From assembly GCA_945875585.1 (NCBI GenBank), contig CAMCLK010000002.1, forward strand, positions 10,964 through 74,963: DNA of 64,000 nucleotides. The letters run 5' to 3'. Positions 9,820 to 19,424 of the stretch are shown here, piece after piece; position 1 is the stretch's first letter, and every line of letters starts with the position of its first letter. A model generated the notes under the pieces. It was given only the letters and a program-made list of their open reading frames with translations, was not told where the DNA came from and did not search any database. The translations under genes and the position numbers were made by a program. The DNA comes from Candidatus Kuenenia stuttgartensis (GTDB lineage: Bacteria > Planctomycetota > Planctomycetia > Gemmatales > Gemmataceae).

Positions 9820-12693
9820 ATGGTGTGCCGTCGCTTTCCACAAACCTGGGCCTTTCAAATGCAAATGGGTTCAAAAATAATTACTGGGAAGAGATGGGCC
9901 AGCCTAGCAATTGCCGTCGCGGTTTTGCTTGAACCAGGCTGCTCTCGGAAATTTTATCGCCAGAAGGCAGATCAGGAAGTGGATGGCCTCTTGGCTTCAA
10001 AAGATCATTATAAGGGATGGCAGATCGAGGGGATGAACTATTATCCAGATCCACGATCTCGCTTTGCGTCGCCGGGAGTTCAAGATAAGCCTGCTATGCC
10101 ACCGGATGATCCGGCATCCATGGTGGAGGCGCCACAGCCGCAAAAACCTGGTAAGGCTGGCGTCAATTATCTCGAAGGAGCCGGTTATCTAGAGCTCTTG
10201 TCGTTGTGGGATAATGAAAATCGCGCCGAATTGGTGAAAGCGCGTCAGCCGGATCAGAGTTTGGCTAGTGAGGATGAATCTGGCACTTCCCGGCGAGGGG
10301 CTGGATATGGCAGCAATAGTTGGCAGCAAGACAAGCTACTGTCGCAGTCGTTGGGCCAGATGGAAGGCGCCATCGATGTTCGCGGTGAGAGTGAGTCGCC
10401 CGAGGCGCCCAAATCATTTCGTGTAAAGTTGGAGCAATGCTCAGAACTTGGGCTGATCAATAGCCGTGAATTTCAGACTCAGCGTGAGGAAGTTTATCTT
10501 GCTGCCTTGCCGGTTACTGCGGAACGGTTTGCCTTTGCGCCACAGTTTTTTGCAAACGAGCAGGCAGTTAGGGAGTGGAGTGGGTCGGATGTGCCTGAAG
10601 GTTTGCGGAATCGGTGGCGCATTGACAGCGAATTGGGTGTAACGAAGCGGTTTGCCACGGGTGCTTTGTTATTGGCAAAATTTGCTAACCAAACAGTGCT
10701 TGAGATGGGCAATGGATCGCCACGATTATTGAGCCCCTCGCTTGTTTCATGGGATTTTTTCCAGCCTTTGTTTCTTGGCGGAGGGAAAGCGGTAACACTT
10801 GAAGCCCTTACTCTGGCTGAGCGTCAATTGCTTTATGAGATTCGGACATATGCGCGTTTTCGCAAGCAATTTTACGCGAATATTGCAGCAGGCGGGTCCA
10901 TTCAAAATTTAGGTCTAACGAATATTCCAGCAGCGCGCCCATTTTTGGGAAGTTTGCCAGGTTCAGGGGTTGCAGGTGCCGGTTTCGTTCAGGTTTCTCC
11001 CGGGGAGGGAAATTTTTCACGGGTTGGCCCCCAGGTATTTGATGCTCCAAATGAAGGTTTTTTGGCTAATCTTCTTCGTGCTGGCTTGTTGGCCAATGAG
11101 CGCGAAAACGTTGAATCACTTGCTGGTTATTACGACCAATACCGGGAATTTCAGGCTGTTGGCGATATATCGGAGTTGCAGGTTTCGTTGGTCCGGCAGC
11201 AGCTGATATCGTCGCAGAACAGGGTCATTCAGGCGGAATTGCTGCTTAGGGATGGCTTGGATGCCTACAAGCTTCAGCTGGGTTTGCCTACCAACATTCC
11301 GTTGGAGCTTGATGATGCCATCCTTGCAGAGCAGAGAAATCATCTCGAAAAATATCAAGAACTGACTTCCCAGGCGGCAGATGCCAGACGCAAGGTCCGC
11401 AAGCTGATGGATGCCGATGCGGGCGTGGATGTTCGCAAGGAATTCGAAAAGGTTTTTGAAAGCTCCCCCATTATTCGCAAAACAGTGGTTGGTAAACGAT
11501 CTTTGGCGATGGTTCAGGAGTATGGAAAACTTGATGCAATGGGGTTGGCTACCGCTATCAAGCAGGTGAGTGAAAAACGAAGGTCGCTCGAAGAGCGTAA
11601 AGATCTGTTGGGTAAGCAAGGAAGCAAGATTCCGCAGGAAGTAACTGATGGTATTCGTGATGCTGAAATTGCACTTTACGCCTTGAGATTCGAACGCAGC
11701 CTTCGCAATTACGCGGATAAACGTAAAGCGATGCAGGGGCAGGCGGGGATGGAACGAGAAAAGGCGGCAACACTTGCGGCTTTTGAAGGGGTTCTTGAAG
11801 ACTTTGTATTACTGTTTGTTCAGCCACGTAATGAGCTGTTGGCTAAATTGAAGCGCTCGTGGCCTGCCATGCCGGTGATTTGTGTGGAAGGTACGGATCT
11901 TCAGCGGGATCCTCTCGACAAAGCATTGGATGCTGGTGCCCGTTACGCGCTGTTAAATCGCCTCGACCTAATGAATGCCCGGGGTGAATTGGTGGATTCG
12001 TGGCGACAAATTGCAGTCGCTGCTAATTCTTTGATGGGGGCGGTTGATGTTCGTTATCACGGGGAATCACTATCGCCCGTTGACGTTGCTAGGCCATTGG
12101 CTTTTTCCGGAAGCCGGGCCAGACATAGCCTCGCAATCAATGCCGAAGCGCCACTGGTAAGAATTCTTGAAAGAAATGCTTACCGGGCCACGTTATTCAA
12201 CTGGCAGAGGCAGCGCCGTAACCTGATGGCCTTTGAAGACACAATTGTTTTGGGTGTTAGGCGTCAGATTCGCGGTTTGCGAGCATTAGCACGCAATTAT
12301 GAGCTTCAGAAGCAAGTGATAGAACTGGCTTATTTAAATATCGACAACGCGTTGGAGACATTGTATGCTCCAGTACCTGGTGTGCAGGGTGCTGGAAGCG
12401 ATGGTAATCAAGCAGCGTTGACAACACAGCTGCTGAATACTCAGTCCAGCAAAATTGTCGCTCAAAACAGCCTGTTTACGTTCTGGATCAATTACCAACA
12501 GACCCGTATTCAACTGTACCGTGATCTTGAGTTGATGCCTCTAGATGGACGAGGAGTGTGGATCGATGACATCGCCAGCTGCCAATGTAACACCAATAGC
12601 GCCACAGGGCGGGGATCCGAACGGGAGAACGAACGTCTTCCCGGCCCCAAGCCTGAAGGGAATGGCACCAGCAACCCGCCAAGTCCAGAATAG
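9820..12693 (+). CDS. TolC-like outer membrane efflux protein (OEP family) with a long N-terminal extension
   Basis: 957 aa. A possible lipobox (LLEPGC) suggests the real start is near 9865. Two OEP-type repeats are recognisable (LEQCSELGLINSREFQTQREEVYLAAL... and LLRDGLDAYKLQLGLP). It is the first gene of a MacAB-like efflux cluster. Confidence 0.65.
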   Translation: MVCRRFPQTWAFQMQMGSKIITGKRWASLAIAVAVLLEPGCSRKFYRQKADQEVDGLLASKDHYKGWQIEGMNYYPDPRSRFASPGVQDKPAMPPDDPASMVEAPQPQKPGKAGVNYLEGAGYLELLSLWDNENRAELVKARQPDQSLASEDESGTSRRGAGYGSNSWQQDKLLSQSLGQMEGAIDVRGESESPEAPKSFRVKLEQCSELGLINSREFQTQREEVYLAALPVTAERFAFAPQFFANEQAVREWSGSDVPEGLRNRWRIDSELGVTKRFATGALLLAKFANQTVLEMGNGSPRLLSPSLVSWDFFQPLFLGGGKAVTLEALTLAERQLLYEIRTYARFRKQFYANIAAGGSIQNLGLTNIPAARPFLGSLPGSGVAGAGFVQVSPGEGNFSRVGPQVFDAPNEGFLANLLRAGLLANERENVESLAGYYDQYREFQAVGDISELQVSLVRQQLISSQNRVIQAELLLRDGLDAYKLQLGLPTNIPLELDDAILAEQRNHLEKYQELTSQAADARRKVRKLMDADAGVDVRKEFEKVFESSPIIRKTVVGKRSLAMVQEYGKLDAMGLATAIKQVSEKRRSLEERKDLLGKQGSKIPQEVTDGIRDAEIALYALRFERSLRNYADKRKAMQGQAGMEREKAATLAAFEGVLEDFVLLFVQPRNELLAKLKRSWPAMPVICVEGTDLQRDPLDKALDAGARYALLNRLDLMNARGELVDSWRQIAVAANSLMGAVDVRYHGESLSPVDVARPLAFSGSRARHSLAINAEAPLVRILERNAYRATLFNWQRQRRNLMAFEDTIVLGVRRQIRGLRALARNYELQKQVIELAYLNIDNALETLYAPVPGVQGAGSDGNQAALTTQLLNTQSSKIVAQNSLFTFWINYQQTRIQLYRDLELMPLDGRGVWIDDIASCQCNTNSATGRGSERENERLPGPKPEGNGTSNPPSPE

Positions 12694-14476
12694 CAAAGGG
12701 CGTTCCAGGCTATGGTTGATGGCCGGCGTCTTGGGAGCCGTTGTTGTTGGGCTTGTGGTTCTGTTCATGCCACGAAGCGCTGCTGTGAACCGCGCCGATC
12801 AGGTGCCATACACGGTAAAGCGCGACAATCTGATCATTTCCATTACCGAGCGTGGCACCTTGGAAGCGGCCGAAAACAAAGACGTTATTTGCCATGTAAA
12901 AGCTGGCAAGGGCAGCACGATTGCTACCACAATACGCGCAGTTCTTGTCGATGATGGTAGTCATGTTAAAACTGGAGATCAACTGATTCATTTGGATGAC
13001 TCTGGCCTTATAGAACAGTTGAAAGCTCAAAAGATTGTTCGAGACAAAGCAAAAAATGAATGGAACAACGCCGTTCAGACGCTTGAAATCGTCAATAGCC
13101 AATGCCAGAAGGAAACCGAGAGCTCAAAGGTAGCAGTTGAGTTGGCCGAGTTGGATCTCAACAAATACAAGGAAGGCGACCTTCCTCAGCTTTCAGCAGA
13201 AATCAAGGGAAGGGTTCTTGTTGCCGAGTCTGATCTTGAAATCTGGAAAGATCGTGAAGTTTGGAATGACCGCATGGTCAGTAAGAATTACAGGACTGGC
13301 AATCAGGCCATGGCGGACCGTTTCAAACAGCAGTCTGCCGAATTGTCGTTACGCAAGGTTAAGGAAGAGTTGCGGGTTCTTGAGCGGTACATGGCCCCAA
13401 GAACCATCAAGGACATGGAAAGCAAATTGATGGAAGCCAAAAGCGCTTACCAGACAAATTTAAAGCAAGCATATGCCAAAGAACGACAGTCGCGTGGCGA
13501 CATGGAGACTAAAGAACTCATTTATAAGCAAGAAGAGGGCCGTTGCAATGAGCTGGAAGAGGAAATTCGTAATTGCTTGATCACGGCTCCACAGGATGGC
13601 TTGGTTGTTTATTATGTGCCAGAGCAAGCGCGTTTTGGTTCCGGATCGCAACAGTCGATCATTGCCCAAGGGGAGCCGGTCCGTGAAGGCCAGAAATTGA
13701 TGCGCATTCCTAACTTGAATCGCATGTTGGTGAATGTTCGCGTTCATGAAGCCATGCGTGCCAAAGTTCGGGGGGACGTGTTTTTCGGATTAAGCGAATT
13801 CCACAATCTACTGATGCTTGGTTTTCGTGACCGTTTAAGCAAGACGGTATTCGAAGCATCATTCAATGCGAGCCGCGACGAACTTCAGGATTTTCAGCCC
13901 ACGCTAATCAGGGGCGGATTGCGCGCGGAAGTTCGGATTGATGCATTTCCTAACAAGATGCTCAAAGGCCACGTGAAAATGGTCGACGAAGTGCCTGCAG
14001 CGAGCGATTTCTGGACATCGGATATTACGGTCTATCGAACCATGGTTTCGATTGACGAACCGCTTCAGGATGCGAATGGCGATGAAATTAAATTGAAGCC
14101 AGGAATGAAGTCTGCTGTAACAATATTTACGGCAGATAAGGCGGAGAATGCGCTTATTGTGCCGTTGCAGGCAGTGCAGGGTGGGGCGCGTGATGGTTAT
14201 TTTTGCCAAGTCATTACGCCAACGGGTGTAGACAAGCGCACTGTGGTTCCCGGATTGAGCAACGATCGCATGGTTGAAATCCGTGAAGGGTTGAATGAAG
14301 GTGACCAGGTTCTGCTGACGGGTAAAGATCGTGGTCGCGTTGGTGATCAGCAAAACGGCGAAAAAAGTGGCAAGGGTGGTGGAAAATCGGGCAAAGGTGG
14401 CCCACCTGGCGCACCTCCTGGAAGCGGCGTACCATCCGGTGGTGCCAAGTCTGGGCGCCCGGGTGGAGCACCTTGA
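12662..14476 (+). CDS. HlyD/MacA-family periplasmic adaptor (membrane fusion protein) with a Gly/Lys-rich C-terminal tail
   Basis: The ORF opens at 12545 but would overlap the OMF gene by about 150 nt. An ATG at 12662 or 12719 precedes the TM helix GVLGAVVVGLVVLF. The protein has long coiled-coil and beta-barrel regions typical of HlyD adaptors. The tail reads GEKSGKGGGKSGKGGPPGAPPGSG. Confidence 0.7.
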   Translation: MAPATRQVQNSKGRSRLWLMAGVLGAVVVGLVVLFMPRSAAVNRADQVPYTVKRDNLIISITERGTLEAAENKDVICHVKAGKGSTIATTIRAVLVDDGSHVKTGDQLIHLDDSGLIEQLKAQKIVRDKAKNEWNNAVQTLEIVNSQCQKETESSKVAVELAELDLNKYKEGDLPQLSAEIKGRVLVAESDLEIWKDREVWNDRMVSKNYRTGNQAMADRFKQQSAELSLRKVKEELRVLERYMAPRTIKDMESKLMEAKSAYQTNLKQAYAKERQSRGDMETKELIYKQEEGRCNELEEEIRNCLITAPQDGLVVYYVPEQARFGSGSQQSIIAQGEPVREGQKLMRIPNLNRMLVNVRVHEAMRAKVRGDVFFGLSEFHNLLMLGFRDRLSKTVFEASFNASRDELQDFQPTLIRGGLRAEVRIDAFPNKMLKGHVKMVDEVPAASDFWTSDITVYRTMVSIDEPLQDANGDEIKLKPGMKSAVTIFTADKAENALIVPLQAVQGGARDGYFCQVITPTGVDKRTVVPGLSNDRMVEIREGLNEGDQVLLTGKDRGRVGDQQNGEKSGKGGGKSGKGGPPGAPPGSGVPSGGAKSGRPGGAP

Positions 14477-15255
14477 CTGTCCAGAAACCATGGATGAAAT
14501 CAGCCATGCCCGAAGTATTGCGCATCGAAAACCTGCACAAGCGTTATTCGGTTGAATCTACAGCCGTTCATGCCCTGAAAGGCGTGAATTTGGTGGTCCA
14601 TCAAGGCGACTTTGTAGCCCTGATGGGCCCATCAGGGTCGGGCAAATCAACCTTGTTGAATGTGTTGGGTTGTCTCGATCGGCCAACCGAAGGCTCCTAC
14701 CACTTGGGCGGCGAAGATGTTTCCAAAATGACTGATGACCAACTGTCATCGATTCGGTCGAGGTATCTCGGATTTATCTTTCAGCAATACAATTTGCTGC
14801 CGCAATATACGGTCGTTGAGAATATTGAAATCCCTTTGATTTACCAAGGTGTTCGTCTGAATGCCGACAGCAGAGACAGGTGCATTGGACTTGCAGAGCT
14901 TGTTGGCTTGGGACAACGCCTTGATCACCGGCCGATGCAGTTGTCTGGTGGTCAGCAACAGCGCGTGGCGATTGCCCGGAGCTTGGTCAATCGTCCGCAA
15001 CTGATTCTGGCAGATGAGCCGACAGGCAATTTGGACACGAAAACCAGCCATGAAATTATGGTAATGTTGTCGCGACTCAATGCGAGCGGCAAAACCATTG
15101 TCATGGTTACGCACGAAAACGATATTGCCAGTTGGTCGAGACGGATTGTGCGGATGCGGGATGGTGAGGTTGAATCTGATCTGCCCAATACCCCAGAACC
15201 GATTGACTTCAGCGGTCCGCCGCTGCCCATGCACCTGCTCGAGGAGGCTGCCTGA
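14473..15255 (+). CDS. ABC transporter ATP-binding protein (MacB/LolD/FtsE type)
   Basis: 260 aa. Walker A GPSGSGKST. ABC signature LSGGQQQRVAIARSL. Walker B LILADEPTGNLD. The start overlaps the adaptor stop (ATGA). Confidence 0.85.
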   Translation: MTVQKPWMKSAMPEVLRIENLHKRYSVESTAVHALKGVNLVVHQGDFVALMGPSGSGKSTLLNVLGCLDRPTEGSYHLGGEDVSKMTDDQLSSIRSRYLGFIFQQYNLLPQYTVVENIEIPLIYQGVRLNADSRDRCIGLAELVGLGQRLDHRPMQLSGGQQQRVAIARSLVNRPQLILADEPTGNLDTKTSHEIMVMLSRLNASGKTIVMVTHENDIASWSRRIVRMRDGEVESDLPNTPEPIDFSGPPLPMHLLEEAA

Positions 15256-15270
15256 GAGGCTGGTGCCATT

Positions 15271-16641
15271 ATGGACATTTTTTCGATTACCCTTGTCTCA
15301 TCGCTTGTCATTTTGCTTGTGTTTTTGGCGACTACCGACAAAGGGCGCCGTGGCCTGCAATTAGCCTTGCGCAGTTTATGGCTTCACAAATTGCGCAGCT
15401 TTTTGAGCATGCTTGGGATAATTATCGGAACTTCTGCCGTGATTATCCTCATGGCATTCGGCGAAGGTAGTGAGCGCGACGTTCTTGAAGATATCAAAAG
15501 GCTTGGAACGACCAACATCATCATAAGGTCGGTCAAGCCTACCGACGATGCCAACACCAACCGCCGTCAAATGGTTGCCACTTACGGATTAACTTATCAA
15601 GATCTTGAGATTCTCAAAACAATACCGTCGATCACACGCCTGGTTCCCATGCGCATTTTTCCTCAGGAAACTCGTCGTGGTGCACGCGCCCACAACAGTC
15701 GGGTAGTCGCAACCGTTCCCCGGTACGCGGAGGTTAATGAACTTACATTGTTAGATGGAAGGTTTATTGTCGAAGAAGACGATGAGCGCATGAACAATGT
15801 CTGTGTGCTAGGCTTGGAAACAGCCAAGACACTTTTTCCTTTCGAAGAAGCCCTTGGAAGTTCTGTCAAGCTTGGTGAATTCGTTTACGTAGTGGTGGGG
15901 CTTCTAGCAGAGCGTATGCCTACTGGCGGAACTGGTGGTAGTCAGGCAGCAGAAGACTTCAATCAGGACATTTATATTCCTTTGCAAACGGCTCGTGGTC
16001 GATTTGGCGAGCGTATTACCATGCGTGCTGCTGGAAGTCGCAGTGCCGAAAAAGTGGATATGCATCAGATCACTGTAACTATTGAAGACGTTGATAAGGT
16101 TCGTCCTACTGGTGAAATTGTTCGTGCGATTCTTAGCGATCCAGAACGTCATCCACGTCAGGATTGGGCGTTGACCGTGCCGCTAGATCGTCTTGAATTG
16201 GTCGAACGAACAAAGGCCAATATTCGACAAAGTTTGGGGATTTACGCATCGATCTCTTTGTTGGTAGGCGGAATTGGCATCATGAATGTCATGCTGGCCA
16301 CAGTAACGGAGCGAACGCGCGAGGTTGGAATCAGGCGTGCCCTTGGCGCCCGCCGTTCGGACATCACCTTTCAATTTTTGATAGAAACGATGGTGCAGAC
16401 CGGGATTGGTGGTTTGTTAGGTGTTGGTTTTGGAGTGTCATATGTGTTTGCGCATGCTGCTCTCAAGGCATTGCCGATGGCAGCTATGTTATTTCAGGAT
16501 GGCAGTCCATCTCCTATTTTGCACTTGCCTAGCATTACATGGTCATTATCAACAGCGGTGGGCGTGGGTGTGATCTTTGGGATTTATCCAGCGTTGCGTG
16601 CCGCATACATGGATCCCATTGAAGCTCTTCGCCATGTCTGA
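15271..16641 (+). CDS. ABC transporter permease (MacB_PCD + FtsX domain)
   Basis: 456 aa. N-terminal TM, a large periplasmic domain, and a C-terminal FtsX-like 3-TM bundle. Adjacent to the ATPase. Confidence 0.8.
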   Translation: MDIFSITLVSSLVILLVFLATTDKGRRGLQLALRSLWLHKLRSFLSMLGIIIGTSAVIILMAFGEGSERDVLEDIKRLGTTNIIIRSVKPTDDANTNRRQMVATYGLTYQDLEILKTIPSITRLVPMRIFPQETRRGARAHNSRVVATVPRYAEVNELTLLDGRFIVEEDDERMNNVCVLGLETAKTLFPFEEALGSSVKLGEFVYVVVGLLAERMPTGGTGGSQAAEDFNQDIYIPLQTARGRFGERITMRAAGSRSAEKVDMHQITVTIEDVDKVRPTGEIVRAILSDPERHPRQDWALTVPLDRLELVERTKANIRQSLGIYASISLLVGGIGIMNVMLATVTERTREVGIRRALGARRSDITFQFLIETMVQTGIGGLLGVGFGVSYVFAHAALKALPMAAMLFQDGSPSPILHLPSITWSLSTAVGVGVIFGIYPALRAAYMDPIEALRHV

Positions 16642-17434
16642 CAAGATTACTTTTTTTCATGCTGTACAGCTTTACCGTCCTTCCCGTGCCATTGTTTTAG
16701 GATCAGGTATTGCGTGCGGATTTAAGCAATATCCTGTTCTTGCAGAAGCGCCTTGGAGCGTATGGCCCGGATCGATTCCAATGCCTCATGTTGTGGGCCA
16801 TGCAGGTTCATTGCGGATTGTGGAATCTCCGTCTGGATCGCCAGTGTTGTTAATTGGTGGACGGCTGCACCGCTATGAGGGCCATTCCTCTGCTGTTACA
16901 ACGCAATTAGTGCGCCAATTGCCCGAATTGGGTTGTACAGAATTGATTTTGACCTGTGCCACAGGTGGAATCGACGAACAGTTTGGGCCTGGCTCCATTG
17001 CACTGGTAACCGGTTGGATCGACTTGGCGCTTGTAGAAGGATTCGGGCAGTTGGCTTCGTTGCTGCAAAGCAATTGTTTGGTGCAACCCGTACCTGATTC
17101 AGCATTGAAGCAAATGCTTCTGGCTCAGGCCAATGGTTCACAAGAAAACCTAAAGCATGGAATTGTTGCGCAGATGTCGGGCCCTTCGTACGAAACCCGA
17201 GCCGAGATTCGCATGCTTCGCAATTGGGGAGCGAGCATGGTTGGAATGTCTTCGGGACATGAATGGAAAGCGGCCCGTGGCGTTGGGCTCAATGTTCAAG
17301 TGTTGTCTCTGGTTACGAATTGGGCATGTGGTGTGGTACCGGGGAAAATTGATCACTCTGCCGTCGTGCGTGAGTCGGGCGCACACGCAACCCGACTGGC
17401 TCGCATTGTGATGACTCAGGATTTTGGGAAATAG
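16634..17434 (+). CDS. purine nucleoside phosphorylase / MTAP-family phosphorylase (PNP_UDP_1)
   Basis: The ORF opens at 16577. The ATG at 16634 (MSDKITFF...) overlaps the upstream stop (ATGTCTGA). Motifs RYEGHSS, TGGI, GPSYETRAE, MVGMSS and LVTNWA match family-2 PNP/MTAP. Confidence 0.75.
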   Translation: MSDKITFFHAVQLYRPSRAIVLGSGIACGFKQYPVLAEAPWSVWPGSIPMPHVVGHAGSLRIVESPSGSPVLLIGGRLHRYEGHSSAVTTQLVRQLPELGCTELILTCATGGIDEQFGPGSIALVTGWIDLALVEGFGQLASLLQSNCLVQPVPDSALKQMLLAQANGSQENLKHGIVAQMSGPSYETRAEIRMLRNWGASMVGMSSGHEWKAARGVGLNVQVLSLVTNWACGVVPGKIDHSAVVRESGAHATRLARIVMTQDFGK

Positions 17435-18207
17435 CTCGGCCATTGTTCGATATAGCTGCGGATGCCGCGCTGGAAGAACCAGATGTCTATTCCTATAGAG
17501 AACAGGCGGCAGCCAAGATCACGGCACTGATTGGCGTGTGCTTCATCTCTAGGCAGGATTCCCCAAGCGACGCCATTGGCCGCGCACGCCTTGGCCACTT
17601 TTTCAATTGCTTTCAAGACGTCAGGATGACTCCATTGGCCTGGGAGTCCCATTGATTGGCTCAAGTCTGCTGGGCCAATAAAAAGCAAGTCTACGTCTGG
17701 AACTGCAGCGATTGCATCGACTTCGGCTACAGCATCGGCATGTTCGATCTGAATGGCAACAAAGGTTCGCTCATTGGCACGTTTGAAGTATTCTGCGCCA
17801 GGGTACTGGCCGTACCCACCATCCACTCCGGTTCCATTAACCCCACGCCCGCCTTGGGGATAAAATTTGGCCCAATTCACAATGGAGCGTGTTTCAGCGG
17901 CGGACCGCACCATAGAAGCCATGATACCTGAGGAACCAGCTTCTAAAGGTCGCATGACGCTTGCGTAATCGGTTGCGGGCAATCGAACGAACGAGGGTAA
18001 GCCAACACTTCGAGCAGCACGGTTGGCTTCTTCAATCTGGGGAATGGTTAAGCCCACGTGTTCCTGATCCAACCAGATGGCGTCGAAAGCACCCAAATGG
18101 CCAACCATTTCGATGAGCTTCGGGTGGCATATCTGACCGAAGGCGCAGCAGCGCACAATGGGCCTCGATTGCAATAGGGCTCGAAGGTTGGGAATGCACA
18201 ATTCCAT
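17416..18207 (-). CDS. HpcH/HpaI-family 2-keto-3-deoxy-sugar acid aldolase
   Basis: 263 aa. Overall similarity to HpcH/HpaI aldolases and the citrate-lyase beta fold (..FVRLPATDYASVMRPLEAGSSGIM.., ..FIGPADLSQSMG..). Confidence 0.65.
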   Translation of the reverse strand: MELCIPNLRALLQSRPIVRCCAFGQICHPKLIEMVGHLGAFDAIWLDQEHVGLTIPQIEEANRAARSVGLPSFVRLPATDYASVMRPLEAGSSGIMASMVRSAAETRSIVNWAKFYPQGGRGVNGTGVDGGYGQYPGAEYFKRANERTFVAIQIEHADAVAEVDAIAAVPDVDLLFIGPADLSQSMGLPGQWSHPDVLKAIEKVAKACAANGVAWGILPRDEAHANQCRDLGCRLFSIGIDIWFFQRGIRSYIEQWPSYFPKS

Positions 18208-18454
18208 GAAAGCACCTGCTGGTTTTTGAGCTTATCCACCATAAACAATGATGGATATGAATTGATTTGGCAAGAAAGTCTTGCAAGACTTGAACAATTT
18301 CCCGTTATGCAGGCAGAAGGAATCGGGGGTGGTGCTGAAAAAACAGGCACTCTTGCAACAAAGCAAGCATTGATTCCTTGACCCGAGCCTGATTGTGATT
18401 GATATTGGATTAGATAGAAATATTTGAGTTCTTGAGTTCTGTTTGGCTGCACAT

Positions 18455-18460
18455 AGGAGG
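18455..18460 (+). promoter_or_regulatory. strong Shine-Dalgarno (AGGAGG) 7 nt upstream of the ATG at 18468
   Basis: AGGAGG is read directly. Consensus ribosome-binding sites are rare elsewhere in this window. Confidence 0.5.
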
Positions 18461-18467
18461 TTTTTAA

Positions 18468-19358
18468 ATGTCGATACCTTTTTCAATTAGGATCGGCGCC
18501 GGTGCAGCCCTCATGGGTGCTATGGCCTTTTTAATGGTTCCTTCGCAATTGCCAGCTCAAGGATTCCGGCCGGCCATGCCTCCGCGTCCAGCGCCTCCTG
18601 GTCCCCTGCGCCCTCCTATTACGATTGAAAGCATAACTAGCTTGGGAGGACAAGGGGGTGTTGGCGGTGGCCAGCAGGGCGGTGGCTTTGGTGGTGGCCA
18701 GCAGGGCGGTGGCTTTGGCGGTGGTCAGCAGGGCGGTGGTTTTGGTGGTGGTCAGCAGGGTGGTGGATTTGGTGGTGGTCAGCAGGGTGGTGGCTTTGGT
18801 GGCGGGCAGGGCGGTTTTGGCGGAGGTCAGGGTGGCTTTGGCGGAGGCCAAGGTGGCTTTGGTGGAGGCCAAGGAGGCGGTTTTGGCGGAGGCCAAGGTG
18901 GTGGTTTTGGCGGAGGCCAAGGTGGTGGCGGTGGAGGTGTGAGCAACCCGTTTGGTGGTTACACGCCCGGTACAATGATTCGGCCTAACTCAACTGGTGG
19001 CCCTTTCAATGTGATCCCTATTCCACCAGGCACCTACATTGGTGGTAGTGGCTTTGGGGGCAACCAAGGTTTTGGTGGTCAATTTGGCCAGGGAGGCCAG
19101 CAAGGTGGTGGCCAAGGCGGCTTTGGTGGAGGTCAAGGTGGCTTTGGCGGAGGCCAAGGTGGTTTTGGCGGTGGCCAAGGTGGCTTTGGTGGAGGTCAAG
19201 GTGGCTTTGGTGGAGGCCAGGGTGGCTTTGGTGGAGGCCAAGGTGGTTTTGGTGGAGGCCAAGGCGGGTTTGGTGGTGGCCAAGGTGGCTTCGGAGGTGG
19301 TCAGGGTGGTTTCGGGGGCCAAAAGGGATTTGGCGGAAATGGCGGAACTGGAATCTGA
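18468..19358 (+). CDS. secreted glycine-rich FG/GQ-repeat protein
   Basis: 296 aa. Signal peptide, then a Pro-rich linker (PAMPPRPAPPGPLRPP). The first repeat block GGGFGGGQQ is followed by GGFGGGQ units, then a short non-repetitive core (VSNPFGGYTPGTMIRPNSTGGPFNVIPIPPGTYIGG), then about 11 more GGFGGGQ repeats. A strong SD and a canonical terminator flank it. Confidence 0.6.
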   Translation: MSIPFSIRIGAGAALMGAMAFLMVPSQLPAQGFRPAMPPRPAPPGPLRPPITIESITSLGGQGGVGGGQQGGGFGGGQQGGGFGGGQQGGGFGGGQQGGGFGGGQQGGGFGGGQGGFGGGQGGFGGGQGGFGGGQGGGFGGGQGGGFGGGQGGGGGGVSNPFGGYTPGTMIRPNSTGGPFNVIPIPPGTYIGGSGFGGNQGFGGQFGQGGQQGGGQGGFGGGQGGFGGGQGGFGGGQGGFGGGQGGFGGGQGGFGGGQGGFGGGQGGFGGGQGGFGGGQGGFGGQKGFGGNGGTGI

Positions 19359-19382
19359 CCTGAGTTATTCGAATCGTGCCAA

Positions 19383-19418
19383 CCCCATTGCTCTGTTAGA
19401 AGCAATGGGGTTTTTTTT
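19383..19418 (+). terminator. rho-independent terminator (10-bp perfect stem CCCCATTGCT/AGCAATGGGG, 8-nt loop, T8 tract)
   Basis: Read directly from the sequence. It sits 25 nt after the stop of the Gly-rich gene. Confidence 0.8.
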
Positions 19419-19424
19419 ATGAAA

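Noticed and set aside
12545-12661. Upstream portion of the membrane-fusion-protein ORF
   Set aside because: It would overlap the OMF gene by about 150 nt. Internal ATGs just before the TM helix give a conventional adaptor N-terminus.
18531-19422. Five overlapping ORFs rich in A/T/K/L or H/Q/R on both strands inside the Gly-repeat gene
   Set aside because: Low-complexity alternative-frame and antisense readings of the GGFGGGQ repeat. Only the + strand Gly-rich frame has a signal peptide, an SD and a terminator.
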